Shown here one piece after another: positions 52,701 to 62,200 of a DNA stretch of 64,000 nt. A program made the position numbers and the translations under genes. How positions within the stretch are numbered: position 1 is the first letter of the stretch; every line of letters begins with the position of its first letter. Source of the DNA: Mobula hypostoma (Eukaryota); the NCBI RefSeq assembly GCF_963921235.1, contig NC_086107.1:103790001-103854000 (forward strand), in the 5' to 3' direction. A model generated the notes under the pieces. The model did no database searches, was not told where the DNA came from, and saw only the letters and a program-made list of their open reading frames with translations.

Positions 52701-52987
52701 GGCTTTTGGGTTCTGATGTTACCATTATTCATTCGCTGAGGAGTTTCTTGTTTCGTGGATGTCTGTGAAGAGTAAGAATTTCAGGTTGTGTACAGTACAC
52801 ATTCTCTGATATTAAATTGAACGATTTGAACATTGCCCACATACTCCCAGGGCACAGAGCGTACAGGTTAGACAGAGTAAAGCTCCCGCCAGACCACCCC
52901 TCAAGCCTGAATGATACTTACAAAGAAAAAGAGGTTGAAGATAAACAAGAAATACTTTGTGATAGCGATACAGCTTTTTGAAGCCAT
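16721..52987 (-). CDS. cd37: Tetraspanin, CD37/CD82 subfamily (CD37-like); spliced CDS join(52987..52922, 51262..51190, 44726..44602, 38213..38139, 35886..35779, 28122..27913, 24667..24584, 17530..16721), ~516 aa
   Basis: Exons of 66/73/125/75/108/210/84 nt have GT-AG ends and compatible phases. They join into one [158 protein letters not shown]...PCSC...GFCRAPG...[28 protein letters not shown]. Motifs DKTSF, VPLxxWS, GIFTM, QITxGxLxxTQR, SWDY and ISIxxICxG resemble CD37 as I recall it. The last exon and the CD37 versus CD82 call are less certain. Confidence 0.88.
16757..17330 (-). repeat. 60/57-bp tandem repeat, ~10 units, encoding [20 protein letters not shown]
   Basis: Unit starts at 16757, 16817, 16877, 16934, 16994, 17051, 17111, 17171, 17231 and 17291; the only length variants are 3-nt deletions. 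Confidence 0.95.
17631..18361 (+). mobile_element. Non-autonomous Tc1/mariner element with transposase N-terminal remnant and a nested insertion (~18152-18325)
   Basis: TA|CACCCAGTGGCCACTTTATTAGGTA ... TACCTAATAAAGTGGCCACTGAGTG|TA; encodes [35 protein letters not shown] (Tc1 HTH-like). Confidence 0.9.
18712..21680. repeat. ~3-kb compound minisatellite: ctgaccctcactgggggaacaggtc + (ac)n, roughly 75-80 units
   Basis: Directly visible; an internal block is repeated at offset 1560 (19352 vs 20912). Confidence 0.97.
21702..22070 (+). mobile_element. Penelope-like 3' end / pseudo-LTR with short 5' inversion
   Basis: 29-bp inverted repeat (21702-21730 / 21773-21801), then CCAAT- and TATAAATA-like motifs followed by the hammerhead. 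Confidence 0.6.
21982..22024 (+). ncRNA. Hammerhead motif of a second Penelope-like family
   Basis: aacc-CUGAAGA-a-gauggcag-agu-uugucauc-GAAACGUC-aguu: 8-bp stem II, one mismatch in stem I. Confidence 0.62.
22588..22998. mobile_element. Inverted pair of Penelope-like terminal repeat fragments
   Basis: 22588-22700 is a diverged reverse complement of 22895-22998; the left arm keeps the hammerhead core and the right arm has lost it. Confidence 0.6.
22625..22664 (-). ncRNA. Degenerate hammerhead motif of a third family
   Basis: gca-CUGACGA-u-guc...gac-GAAACAUU-ugc. Confidence 0.5.
24584..24667 (-). CDS. cd37: Coding exon 7 (EC2 end and TM4)
   Basis: tttttgtctttctttcccag|[28 protein letters not shown]|gtgagt; 84 nt; has the GC motif and the TM4 glutamate. 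Confidence 0.95.
25241..25309. mobile_element. ~70-bp palindromic Tc1-like MITE (second copy at 50855-50920)
   Basis: cagtactgtgcaaaagtct...agacttttatacagtactg|ta. Confidence 0.65.
26019..26056 (-). ncRNA. Minimal hammerhead motif, mirror copy, sense to the cd37 pre-mRNA
   Basis: Exact reverse complement of 26110-26147. Confidence 0.72.
26110..26147 (+). ncRNA. Minimal type I hammerhead ribozyme motif (Penelope-type)
   Basis: uaguc-CUGACGA-a-gggu-cucg-gccu-GAA-ACGU-C-gacug: stem I, conserved core, stem II, palindromic stem III and GUC cleavage triplet. Confidence 0.75.
27913..28122 (-). CDS. cd37: Coding exon 6 (EC2 variable region: CCG, PCSC, GFC)
   Basis: ttttgtag|[70 protein letters not shown]|gtaatg; 210 nt; N-glycosylation sequons NNS, NAS, NFT, NVT. 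Confidence 0.93.
30308..30905 (+). mobile_element. Rex1/Babar-type non-LTR retrotransposon 3' end
   Basis: Encodes [30 protein letters not shown]...[18 protein letters not shown]; ends with aataaa and (caatt)n. An older related fragment lies at ~29800-30305. Confidence 0.8.
30919..31648 (-). mobile_element. 5'-truncated Penelope-like retroelement: GIY-YIG endonuclease C-terminus plus 3' repeat with hammerhead
   Basis: ORF remnant [31 protein letters not shown]...[22 protein letters not shown]; flanked by a 13-bp direct repeat ctgccgttgttga / ctgctgttgttga (30906-30918, 31649-31661). Confidence 0.9.
31013..31050 (-). ncRNA. Minimal hammerhead motif in the Penelope 3' repeat
   Basis: Same 38-nt motif, ~300 nt downstream of the GIY-YIG stop. 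Confidence 0.75.
32728..33187 (+). mobile_element. tRNA-derived CORE-like SINE with a duplicated 3' end
   Basis: A box TGGCCAAGTGG (32735) and B box GTTCGATCC (32780); CORE-like tgtgtccttgagcaaggcacttaa; 125-bp direct duplication 32922-33046 / 33063-33187. Confidence 0.8.
34010..34450 (-). mobile_element. Penelope-derived short element (degenerate)
   Basis: Same terminal sequence (gaactcagcaggccaggcagcatct...) and purine tract as the other copies. Confidence 0.65.
35779..35886 (-). CDS. cd37: Coding exon 5 (EC2 helices A/B)
   Basis: cttcctcgtcctcactcag|[36 protein letters not shown]|gtgaga; 108 nt; WDYxQ motif. Not in the ORF track. Confidence 0.95.
36680..37250 (+). mobile_element. CR1 LINE 3' fragment (similar ones at ~38420-39080, 43380-43770, 48335-48990, 51340-51710)
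   Basis: Encodes [38 protein letters not shown] and has the shared 3' tail. Confidence 0.8.
38139..38213 (-). CDS. cd37: Coding exon 4 (TM3)
   Basis: gttcccag|[25 protein letters not shown]|gtgagt; 75 nt; has the polar Q of TM3. Confidence 0.95.
39680..40045 (+). mobile_element. RTE-clade LINE 3' end
   Basis: Encodes [18 protein letters not shown]...FIGHVIRK...[13 protein letters not shown]...W, stop, then a (TGA)n tail. Confidence 0.85.
40265..40343. mobile_element. ~80-bp hAT-type MITE (other copies at 36576-36655, 52210-52286, partial ~2165-2227)
   Basis: Ends c(a/g)gggg...ccaacc / ttgggaacccctg; 8-bp TSD ctctgcac / ctctacac. Confidence 0.75.
42230..42930 (+). mobile_element. Degenerate Penelope 3' fragment
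   Basis: Encodes [10 protein letters not shown]...[16 protein letters not shown]; pyrimidine tract; hammerhead-like motif at 42796-42833. Confidence 0.75.
43778..44338 (+). mobile_element. Second copy of the same Tc1-derived element
   Basis: Same TIRs and a body colinear with 17631-18361. Confidence 0.88.
44602..44726 (-). CDS. cd37: Coding exon 3 (TM2 and inner loop)
   Basis: ttccccaccag|aa+[41 protein letters not shown]|gtaagt; 125 nt; carries the tetraspanin GFLGCxGAxxExxCxL signature. Confidence 0.96.
45373..46119. repeat. 33-bp minisatellite ccttcacagagtgagaacaacatgggaaaagat, ~22 units
   Basis: Directly visible, with 30- and 32-bp variant units and an internal block duplication at offset 359. 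Confidence 0.96.
46260..46950. repeat. CA-rich compound minisatellite (acacacacagctacaaagatacaa)n
   Basis: Directly visible. Confidence 0.93.
51190..51262 (-). CDS. cd37: Coding exon 2 (TM1 end and EC1)
   Basis: ctttgcag|[24 protein letters not shown]+g|gtaagt; 73 nt, phase-1 end. Confidence 0.95.
52922..52987 (-). CDS. cd37: Coding exon 1 (N-terminus and start of TM1); the exon begins at 53003 with 16 nt of 5'UTR
   Basis: Acceptor ctttatcttttgtcttgcag; ATG in strong Kozak context gagATGG; encodes [22 protein letters not shown]; donor gtaagt. Confidence 0.95.
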
Positions 52988-55140
52988 CTCTGATAATGTG
53001 CTCCTGCAAGACAAAAGATAAAGATCAGATTGTCAGTAACGTTCTGGAGAGTAACAAAGTGTGGAACTGGAGAAATTACACAACTCAGGGGAGAGAGGGG
53101 AAGCAGGTCCAAAAACCATGAGATGGGTATCTTGGTCTGCATCGACAAGAGGGGCTGAAGGGCCAGTTTCTGGATTCCATGACCACTACAGCTCATTTAT
53201 ATAGATTGTATGGTCACACCTCCCTTGTTTTGCGATCCAGCTGCACGTGCTTCCTGAAGGGAAACTGGGTTGATTGGATGTGACTCACTGTGTGAGCCCT
53301 GGGAATGCCGAGGGTTATTCTACAAACTGCAGAGCAACTCCCAAGCCACAGGTATTTCACATCAACAGCTTAGAAATTCCTGCAACGCCTGGAGCTTAGG
53401 CTCGACGCTCGGGGCAGCTGTGCACCACAGGCTGCCTCAGACACGCGTCCATCCGTGCCGATCCCAGTGGGTCCAGAAACCCAAGCAGCTGAGCAACACT
53501 AAATTGGCACTGGAGGCAATATGCTGCCCAAAGTGAAGCCTGCTGCTGGGGATGGGAACATGGATGGTCGAGCTTGGGTGATCGGGGAATTCAGGAGTGA
53601 GATCAGTGCAGGGATTGGGCTTGGGGAGATCTGGGGGGGGGGAGACCAAAATATTCCAAGGCCAAGTCTAAGGTTGACTTGTGTGGGCTTCCACTCCAGC
53701 ACCAACCTGACTCCCCCACCCCCCCCGAGTCATCATCATCATCTGTCGTGTTGTATGACATCATCACTATGCGCCATATTGCCTATCGTGGGAAAACATG
53801 GTCCCATGACCATGATTGTTCTTGGCAAAATTTTTTGACAGGTTTGCTATTGCCTTCTTCTGTGCGGTGTCTTTACAAGATGGGGGACTCCAGCCATTAT
53901 CAATACTCTTCATTGTCTGCCTGGCATCAGTGATCACGTAACCAGGACTTGTGATATACACCGACTGCTCATACGACCATCCGCCACCTGCTCCCATGGT
54001 TTCACGTGACCCTGATCGGAGGGGAGGCACTAGGCAGGTGCTACACCTTGTCCGAGGGTGACCTGCAGGCTAGCGGAGGGCTAGCAGAGGGAAGGAGCAC
54101 CATACACCTCCTTTGGTAGAGACACATCTCCACCCCAACTTCCTGATAACTCCCACAAATTCCCTACACAGTGCTCTGAAAGGAGCAAGTGTCATAACGT
54201 GCGTAGCATGTCATGTTTAGAATGCACAGATTGAAATCACTAGTTGAATTCATAGTAAGGAGCAATTCCATCTGGAAATGGTCATGTTCCGCACTGGAAA
54301 GAAACTGATTTGCTAACACCGAGCACTGTAGAAGACTGCAAAATAAATTCAAATTTCTTGCACTGCATGCGTTACCAGAAGTAGTTCCAACATCATCTCC
54401 CACTCTCCGGGGAGGGAGCCTGTGCTCAGCACTGTCTCCCTGCTATCCACCCACACGAAGGGGTGGACCGGTGTTAGATTAGTAGAATAAGCCAGGCCCT
54501 TCAGCCCAACCCTCCCATGCTGACCAAGATACCCAAATGAGGTTGCCCCACCTGCCCTCATTTAGCCCACGTCCCTCTAAATATTCCCCAGCTATCCAAG
54601 TATCTTCTAAATACTGGTGGCACAAGAGATTCTGCAAGTGCTGGATATCGCCAGCAAGACACATAAAAATGCTGGAGGAACTCAGCCACCATGGAGAAAA
54701 ATGAGCCGTCAACAAGGGTCTCGGCCCGAAACGTCGATGGTTTATTTCCCTCCATGGATGCCGCCTGACTTCCTGAGATCCTCCAGCATTTTGTACGCAC
54801 TGTTCTTCAAAGGCGTTACGGCATCTGACTCAACTAGTTGCTCCAGCAGCTCGTTCTGTATATGCACCTTCCTTTGTGAAAAGGAATTGCCCCTCAAGTC
54901 TCTTTTAAGTCTTCCCCCGCTCACGTTAACCCCCTGCCCACTCGTTCCGGATTCCTTCTCCAGGGACAAAGACCGTGTACATTCAAAAGACGAGTTGTGT
55001 ACACAGTGCTGATGTATTACTGCCACATGTGTCAATGGCTTTCATTTGTATGACACCCAGACAGATCATTCTGTATACATGGACGTCAGAGCAGTAGAGA
55101 GAATGCAGAACAACACGCATAAAATGCCGGAGGAACTCAG

Positions 55141-55179
55141 CAGTCCTGATGAAGGGTCTCGGCCCGAAACGTCGACCTG
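55141..55179 (+). ncRNA. Minimal hammerhead motif
   Basis: caguc-CUGAUGA-a-gggu-cucg-gccc-GAAACGUC-gaccug. Confidence 0.7.
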
Positions 55180-55304
55180 TACTCTTTTCCATAGATGCTG
55201 CCTGGCCTGCTGAGTTCCTCCAGCATTTTGTGTGTGTTGCTCGGATTTCCAGCATCTGCAAATTTCCCCTTGTTTGTGAAAGAATACAGAATAAACACGA
55301 GAAT

Positions 55305-55920
55305 GTCTGTGTATGCTGGAAATTCAGAGCAACACGCACAAAATGAAGGAGGAACTCAGCAGGTCAGGCAGCAGCTATGGAAATCAATAAACGGTCGACA
55401 TTTCTGGCTGAGACTCTTCTTCAGGACTGGAGAGGAAAGGGGAAGACGCCAGAATAAAGAGGTAGTGGGAGAGGGGAGGGAAGCTAGCCGGAAGGTGATA
55501 GATGAAGCCAGGCGGGTGGGAAAGGTTAAGGGCTGGAGACAAAGCGATCTGATAGAAGAGGAGAGTGGAGCACAGGAGAAAGGGAAGGAGGAGGGGACCA
55601 GGGGGAGGTGATAGGCAGGTGCGGAGAGGTGGAAGGAAGAGGGGAGGGAGAGACTGTTTTTTTTAAGCATCAGAAGGAGAAATTGATCTTCATGCCATCA
55701 GGTTGGAGGCCACCCAAATGGAATACAAGGTGTTACTCCTCCACTCTGAGGGTGGCCTCATCTTGGCATAAGCAGCGGCCGTGGACCGACACGTTGGAAT
55801 GGGAATGGGAATCAGAATTGAAATGTTTGGCCACCGGGAAGTCCCACTTACAGCGGACGGAGCCAAGACGCTCGACGGAGCGGACCCCAATTTAATGACG
55901 GGTCTCATCAATGTAGAGCT
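55305..55920 (-). mobile_element. Degenerate Penelope 3' fragment
   Basis: Colinear with 30919-31648; degenerate hammerhead at ~55392-55429. Confidence 0.75.
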
Positions 55921-58619
55921 ACAGTGTTTCAGCCACTGAGTAAATAGACACGTAAAACACAATTGTCTTGCTGAGGGCGATTGAGAGTCAAGAGTTTATC
56001 TTCAGAGTAGGAGGGGGCTGTACCAGATTATGTAACAGTGGGGTAGAAGCTGTCCTTGAGTCTGGTGGCTTGTGCTTTCAAATTTTTGTACCTCCTGTGC
56101 AGGAGAAGAGAGGTTGGTCAGGATGGGTGGAATCCTTGATTATGTCGGCTGCATTCCCAAGGCGGTGGGAAGTGCAGACGGAAGCCGGTTTGAGTTATGG
56201 ACTGGGCTGTGTATGGAACTGGTGATTCCGTCGGCATCTGCTGTCGAGCATCAGGTGGTCAGGTGACTATTTCAGAAGGACAAGAGGGGAGGGAACAAGC
56301 GGTTCCGATCTCCTCAGGACACGGGTGGCCAGGCCGTAAGGGAAACGACTGGGACTGGGACTGACCAGGACCAGACCAAAGCCATGCCAGGGTGCCAGGG
56401 TGCCAGGGTGGCCTGGCACCATCAGGAGGAGCAGGGGGCACAGAATGGACTCCTGTCAGACACCGGCGCTCCAGGAGAGGGAGATCCCAGCATGCAGGCA
56501 GGGGTTAAAGGTTGTGCTCCCCTGACCTTGTGACTCTGCTGTCTGGTACCCAACGTGCTTTAACTGGTCCCCTCCCCGCTTGTCCTTCTGGAACAGTGAC
56601 TTGACCACCCAATGCGAGGGAGAGCTCGACAGCAGGTGCCAACAGAATCTCCCCGTCCCAAAGGCAGCCCAGTCCATCATGCAGACCGGCTCCCCTCCAT
56701 TGACTCCGTACGCACTTCCCGCCGCCTCGGGAAAGCGGCCAACACAATCAAGGAGGAGCCAGGCTTTGAATTCACTGTCCCCGGAGCTGGGGAGCCTGCC
56801 TGTCGCCCAGCCAACAAACAAACAGCATCCAGAGAATGGCTGGATGGGAGCCAGCCAGGCAAAAGAGCTTCACAGCAGAACTGCCTGGTGATCCAAGTGG
56901 GGACGAGAGGACACGGAGGAGGTGGGGGAGAGACAAAGGGCAGCGGGGAGCGAAATGAGGGGCAGCAGTGGGGAGACAAGGGGAAAGGGGGGAAGGATAG
57001 AGGAAAGGGTGGGTGGAGGAAGTATAGAGGAGAAAACAGAGACTGAGGGGAAGGAGAGGGGGAGCGATAGAGTGAGAAAGGGGGAAGGGGAGAGACTGTG
57101 AGGGGGTAGAGGGAAGCGGGTTGAGGAAGGGGGGCTTGAGAGAGGGAGGAAGGGGAACTGGGAAAAGGAGTGGGAGTGAGAGGATGGGGTGTGAGGGAAA
57201 GGAGCAACGGCAAGGGAGGGGGAGGAGGTGGGGAGCGGAAGAGGAGAGATAGAGGAAGTAGGAGAGATAGGGAGAGGTGAAACAGGCGTGCAAGGGTTGT
57301 GAGAGAGAGAAACCACGGGGGTAAATAGGGAGGGTGTGACAACGAGTGAGAGAGTGCAGTGACAAAAGGGGTAAGGGACAGAACCCACCCCCCCCACACC
57401 CAACAGCCAACCCATGATAAAGGGACAGTGACAGTTGTTGGGCGAAAGGGTGAGAGATCTGTGAACATCTGGGAGATTCCACAAAAAAAACTCAGCCTGA
57501 GAACAAACGGGCAATGGCGAGAACGTTCCCTAATCTCCAACACAAATATCCTGACATCTGCAAAGTTATTAGCAACGTGCAGCCCAGTTCCTGTCTCCAT
57601 AGATCCTGTTGTTCGGAATAAAATTCCTGGAACAGGCATACGTACAAGGGGAGGACTGTTGGCAAACAGCAGCGTTCCCCTCCCCCCCCGCCCCCCCCCC
57701 CGGCTTCTGCAGCCGATTCCTGACGACTCCCACTTCCCAGTCCCATGTTTTCTGCTTCGATCCGCTTTCTTCTCATTTCTTCCCGTGGCTTTCTCCACCG
57801 TGACACCTTCTCTCCCGTCCAAACCCGTCTCCCCTCTCCTCTTCTCTCTCTCTCCCTCTGCCCTCTTCTACTAACTCTCCCCCCTCTCCATCACTCTCAC
57901 TCCCACCATCTTCCTCCCTCGTCAAAATATGGAGCATATTTTCTATTTCTGACTTCGAAAGGTGTTGGTGTCCGGAAAGATATTTGTACTCAAACTACTG
58001 CAAGTTACAACTACTGCGACAAGTAACGGGAACAGGCACAATACACTGGCCTGTATTACAGGAGGGTTTGATATGAAAGTAGAGACATCTTGTTTCAATT
58101 ATACACAGCCCTAATAAGCTCGTGTTTGGAACAACGTGTACAAATCTGGTCATAAAGAAAGTGAAATGAAGGTCCACGAGTTTTGACAGGTTCGTCCCTT
58201 GAGAAGGCGTTCCTCAGACTGGACGTTAGAAATGATCTCATCGAGCTCGAGCGAGGAATGATCTTATCAAAAGGTACAAACTTCTTACGAGGCTCCACAG
58301 AGGAGCACTGGCACTCCTGGCTGGACCAGGATTCGCAGTCAGGACAACCAACCATTCAGGATCGAGGTGACAAGGGATATATTCACCCACAGGCTGGTGA
58401 AGCTTTGAGACTCGCAACCCAAGAGGTTGAGGAAGAGTCTGGTTCAAGATTCAGATTTTCAGTGGGTCTTTAGAAGTGAGGGAGCTGGGGTTGGAACGTG
58501 AGAGTGGCATAGAGGTAACAGGGTCTGACTGATTTAGAGCACGGATGTGCTACGGCTGGCATTACTGAGCATCCCTGCCCCTCACAACAAGATTTGATGT
58601 AAGTCACCTCCTACCCTAC

Positions 58620-59440
58620 CCTTTGCCCTTGCACCCCACTCTCTCTCACTCCACCCGCACATCTCCCTCCTCTATCCTCTCCCCTTCTCCCCATTCCGAG
58701 CTTACTCTTTGCCCCCTCTCTTCCACCTCTTTTTTACTCCCTCCTGTCACCTCTCGTCCTCCCCCCCGCCTCTCGCTCTTAACTCTCTCCCCAGTCATTG
58801 CCCTCCTCTTTCCTTTTCTCTTCCTCCACCCTTCTTCTCCTTGCCCCTCACCCTCCCGTTCTCTGCCGCCCCCTCTTCCTCACCTGCCTGCTCTATCTCC
58901 AGCTTCCCCCCTCCATCACACACACACACCACCTCCTCATCCTCTCTGTGTTCCACAACCTCCCTCCTCCTCTCCCCACTCTGCCCTCAGCCACCCCCAT
59001 TTTCCCACCAGTCTCTTTAAACACCCTTTGTTTCAATCTCCTGTTAATATCCCTCACCAACTCCCTCCTGATCCCTTTTCCATCTCCCCCAGTCTCCATT
59101 TCACTTTCCCTGCCTCGATCTCTCTCTTCTATTTTTTTCTGCCTTCCTTTTCCACATCTTTTTCTTGCCATCCCCTTTCCCCTGTTCCTCCTACCTCCTT
59201 CTCCCCACCTCTCTCCTTTTTCCAATGTCTTCCTCCCTTCCACTCCCACTTCTCTTTCTTGCCCTCTTCATCTCCTATCCCTCCTGATTCCTCCTTCCCC
59301 TTCTCCTCTCTCTCAAACTCTTTCCCATTTTTCCTTCTTTAATCCCCCAGAGTGCTCTCTCACCCTCCCCTCCGTCCCTCCTGCCCACCCTCTCTCGCTC
59401 CCTTTCTCTTCCCCCCACCCTCACCCCCCCTCCCCACCAT
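58620..59440. repeat. Polypyrimidine low-complexity tract (polypurine tracts also at 56900-57330 and 37450-37720)
   Basis: Composition is directly visible. Confidence 0.85.
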
Positions 59441-61685
59441 TTCTGTTCTTTGACACGGCTGAACTCAGATCCAGCCAGATCCCTGCAGTAAATGCCATTA
59501 ATTCAAACTTCAGATAAAGACTGCGTTTCAGGCCACATTCATAATCACCCAGAAACAGACTTAACCGACACTTGCACTGCTGTACACACACCCAAACACC
59601 ACACCGCACCCCCTTCCCTCCCCACCCAGCCACATTTTAATCACACAGACCTGCAACGCTGCCTGCTTTCTGTCGAATAACGGACTGGCAAAGATTCTGT
59701 GCAGGCTGTTATCCAGGCAGGACAATGGGAAGGATCTGTTCAAAACAGATTTGGCTCGCACACACTCGCAGAGCACTCAGAGATGGCTTCCTCAGGCAGA
59801 TTCAATGTGGTATCACAGGAAGCTGCACAAAACTCACACAAACAGGAAAACGGAACTTTCTCATCTTTAACTGGTTGATTGGAACACGTTCTTTCAAAGC
59901 CAGGTGGCTGGGTGCCAGCTCTGGGAGAGCTTGCGATTAAGTTTCAGTGAACCAAACACACTGTAACAGAACGTAGAGACTGACCTTGTAATCCAAGATA
60001 AATCAACAAAAGCCCTGAGGAGAGTGGCCTGTCAACACGGCATTAACCAGAGGGGCCTCCCCTCTCGCTGCCCCAGCGATACTCGTGAAAATGGCCCAAT
60101 CTTCCACTGGCGAACTCTCGGTTGTACCTCAGAGGACCCCCCTCCCACGGCAGAGAGTTGTAGGGACTCAGGATCGACCCTGACCTCGGACACTATCCCT
60201 CCACTTCTCCCTGTGACCGGGGGGGGGGGGTTTCACTGCGGTTTCCTCCCGCAGGTCAGTATATTAACTGGGCGCCGCAAATCACCTCGAGCGTGCGGGT
60301 GGGGGATAGAATCTAGGAGTTGGTGGGAATGCAGGGAGCACAAAATGGAACTGCGTGTAGGATCAGGTAGAAGTGGGTGGTTGATGGTCAGCACAAAGTG
60401 GGCCGAGGAGCCTGTTGCCCCACTGTATCTCACTACGACACACCACCGCCAAGTTTCAGCAGGTAGGCCAATAGGTACATTTCATGTCAGAGAAGGGTAT
60501 ACAATATACATCCTGAAATTCTTCTTCTTTGCAAACATCCACAAAAACAGGAGTGCCCCAAAGAATGAATGACAGTTAAATGTTAGAACCCCAAAGCAAT
60601 GACAGTTAAACGTTAGAACCCCAAAGCACCCCCCCAGCTCCCCCCTCCCACACATAAGCAGCAACAAAGCAACGACAACTGAAGTTCAACTGACATCTAG
60701 ACACAAGAGGAATCCTGGCATCTCCCTTCCATTACTGCTTCATCCATTCCCTTCACCCTGAGCATCTAAGTCAAAGTCAAGTTTACTGTCATATCCATAC
60801 GTGCTTACATGCACTGGTGCGGTAGAAAGCTTACTTGTGACGTTGCTGCAAGTTTTTCACTGCCCCTGTCCATACATGTCCTTGTGCCAGCTCTCTTGAC
60901 CATTCTGCCCATTGTGTCTCTGCTATCTCGCAGCACATTTCCAGTCCTTCACAGCCTCAAGTTCTAGTTCAAGTTTATGGCCACTCAACCATACACATGT
61001 ATACAGCTAAACGAAGCAATGTTCCTCAGGGCCAAGGCGTACATAAATCACACACAACACATAATAATAACAATCCATTAATATTAACAGATAAATAAGG
61101 TACTCTGTAGAGGTACAAGTTGCCAAATGATAGTTAAATAGACAACAATAGATTGTTACAGCCTGATGTGGTAAAGGGGATTAGCCCCCACTATCTATTA
61201 AATGCTCCCAGTGGGGTGCGATTCAAATAGCCTCTGACAACCAAGTCCAGCTCCCAGCCTTCACGTGTGGCTTAGCTGCTAAACCTGGAGGTACAGTTTC
61301 TACTGACAGGAGAAGGGGCAAAGGTGGGTTACTGGTGCCTTAAAACCAGTCGCTTCAGGCAGATGGAACTCGTCAGCTGTTGCTGGCAGCTCTTCTAGGA
61401 GAAGAGAAACTCTGATCTCAAACCTCCGCTGCCTTGTGGCTATCCCACTCATGGGGAAGGCCTCGGGAGTAAACCTCCGAGGGAAAAATCCAGAGCTAGA
61501 GTCCCAAAGGCAGTCCTATGTTGAGTTCAACGCTGACTAGCAACTCCTGCGACGCTGCTGGTACCAAACTTTAGATCTGCCGTTCCTTTAGATTCATCAG
61601 ATGCATGGGGAGGGGGAGTTTGCTACATGGGCAACAGCTTGCCCTCCATATCGTACTGCCCAAGCTTATGTAATCTGGACAATAA

Positions 61686-62200
61686 AGGCTGATTTATACT
61701 TCTGTGTCAAGTCGACGCCGTAGGTACGGCGTTGCCACAAACCCTACGCAGAGCCAACGCGGATCCCTACGCCGTAGCCTGACGCGCACCTCTCCCAAAA
61801 TGTAACTACGCGTCGCGGCAACGCAGAACGCAACAGCTGTGATTGGCCCGCTTGGTAGCATCGCATTTCCTCCTACGCTGCAATAGCCTCCCATTGGGTG
61901 ACTGAAGGACAGGGAAGGAACTCTGGCTGCAGTGCTTTCCATAAAGCTTTACAGACCCCCGAAATTATGGAGGACACATTTCGCTTTTACGAAAAAAGAC
62001 GCTCCCTTTAAACTTGTTTACCCCGAGAAAGACTACCGTGACCATGAAGCCTTGCGCGGGCAGGTGTGTGCACATGCGTGACGTGCCCGAATTGTAGAGC
62101 GGCGCAGACACACCAACGCACAATTATAAATGCTCACAACGTGCGTAGGCCACTTGCGTAGGTTACGGTGTCCATTTGACGCAGAAGTATAAATCAGCCT
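61686..62200. mobile_element. MITE, probably PIF/Harbinger-type
   Basis: 26-bp TIR aaggctgatttatacttctg(t/c)gtcaa at 61685-61710 and 62176-62201; TAA/TGA flanks; CpG-rich interior. Confidence 0.8.

Noticed and set aside
56677..59517. Long Pro/Ser/Leu-rich ORFs (381, 239, 236 aa)
   Set aside because: Polypurine/polypyrimidine tracts lack stop codons; no recognisable domain or exon structure.
59421..59633. 'GIWLDL' ORF as a tetraspanin TM1 exon
   Set aside because: The true exon 2 is at 51190-51262 with proper splice sites; this ORF lacks hydrophobic context and exon boundaries.
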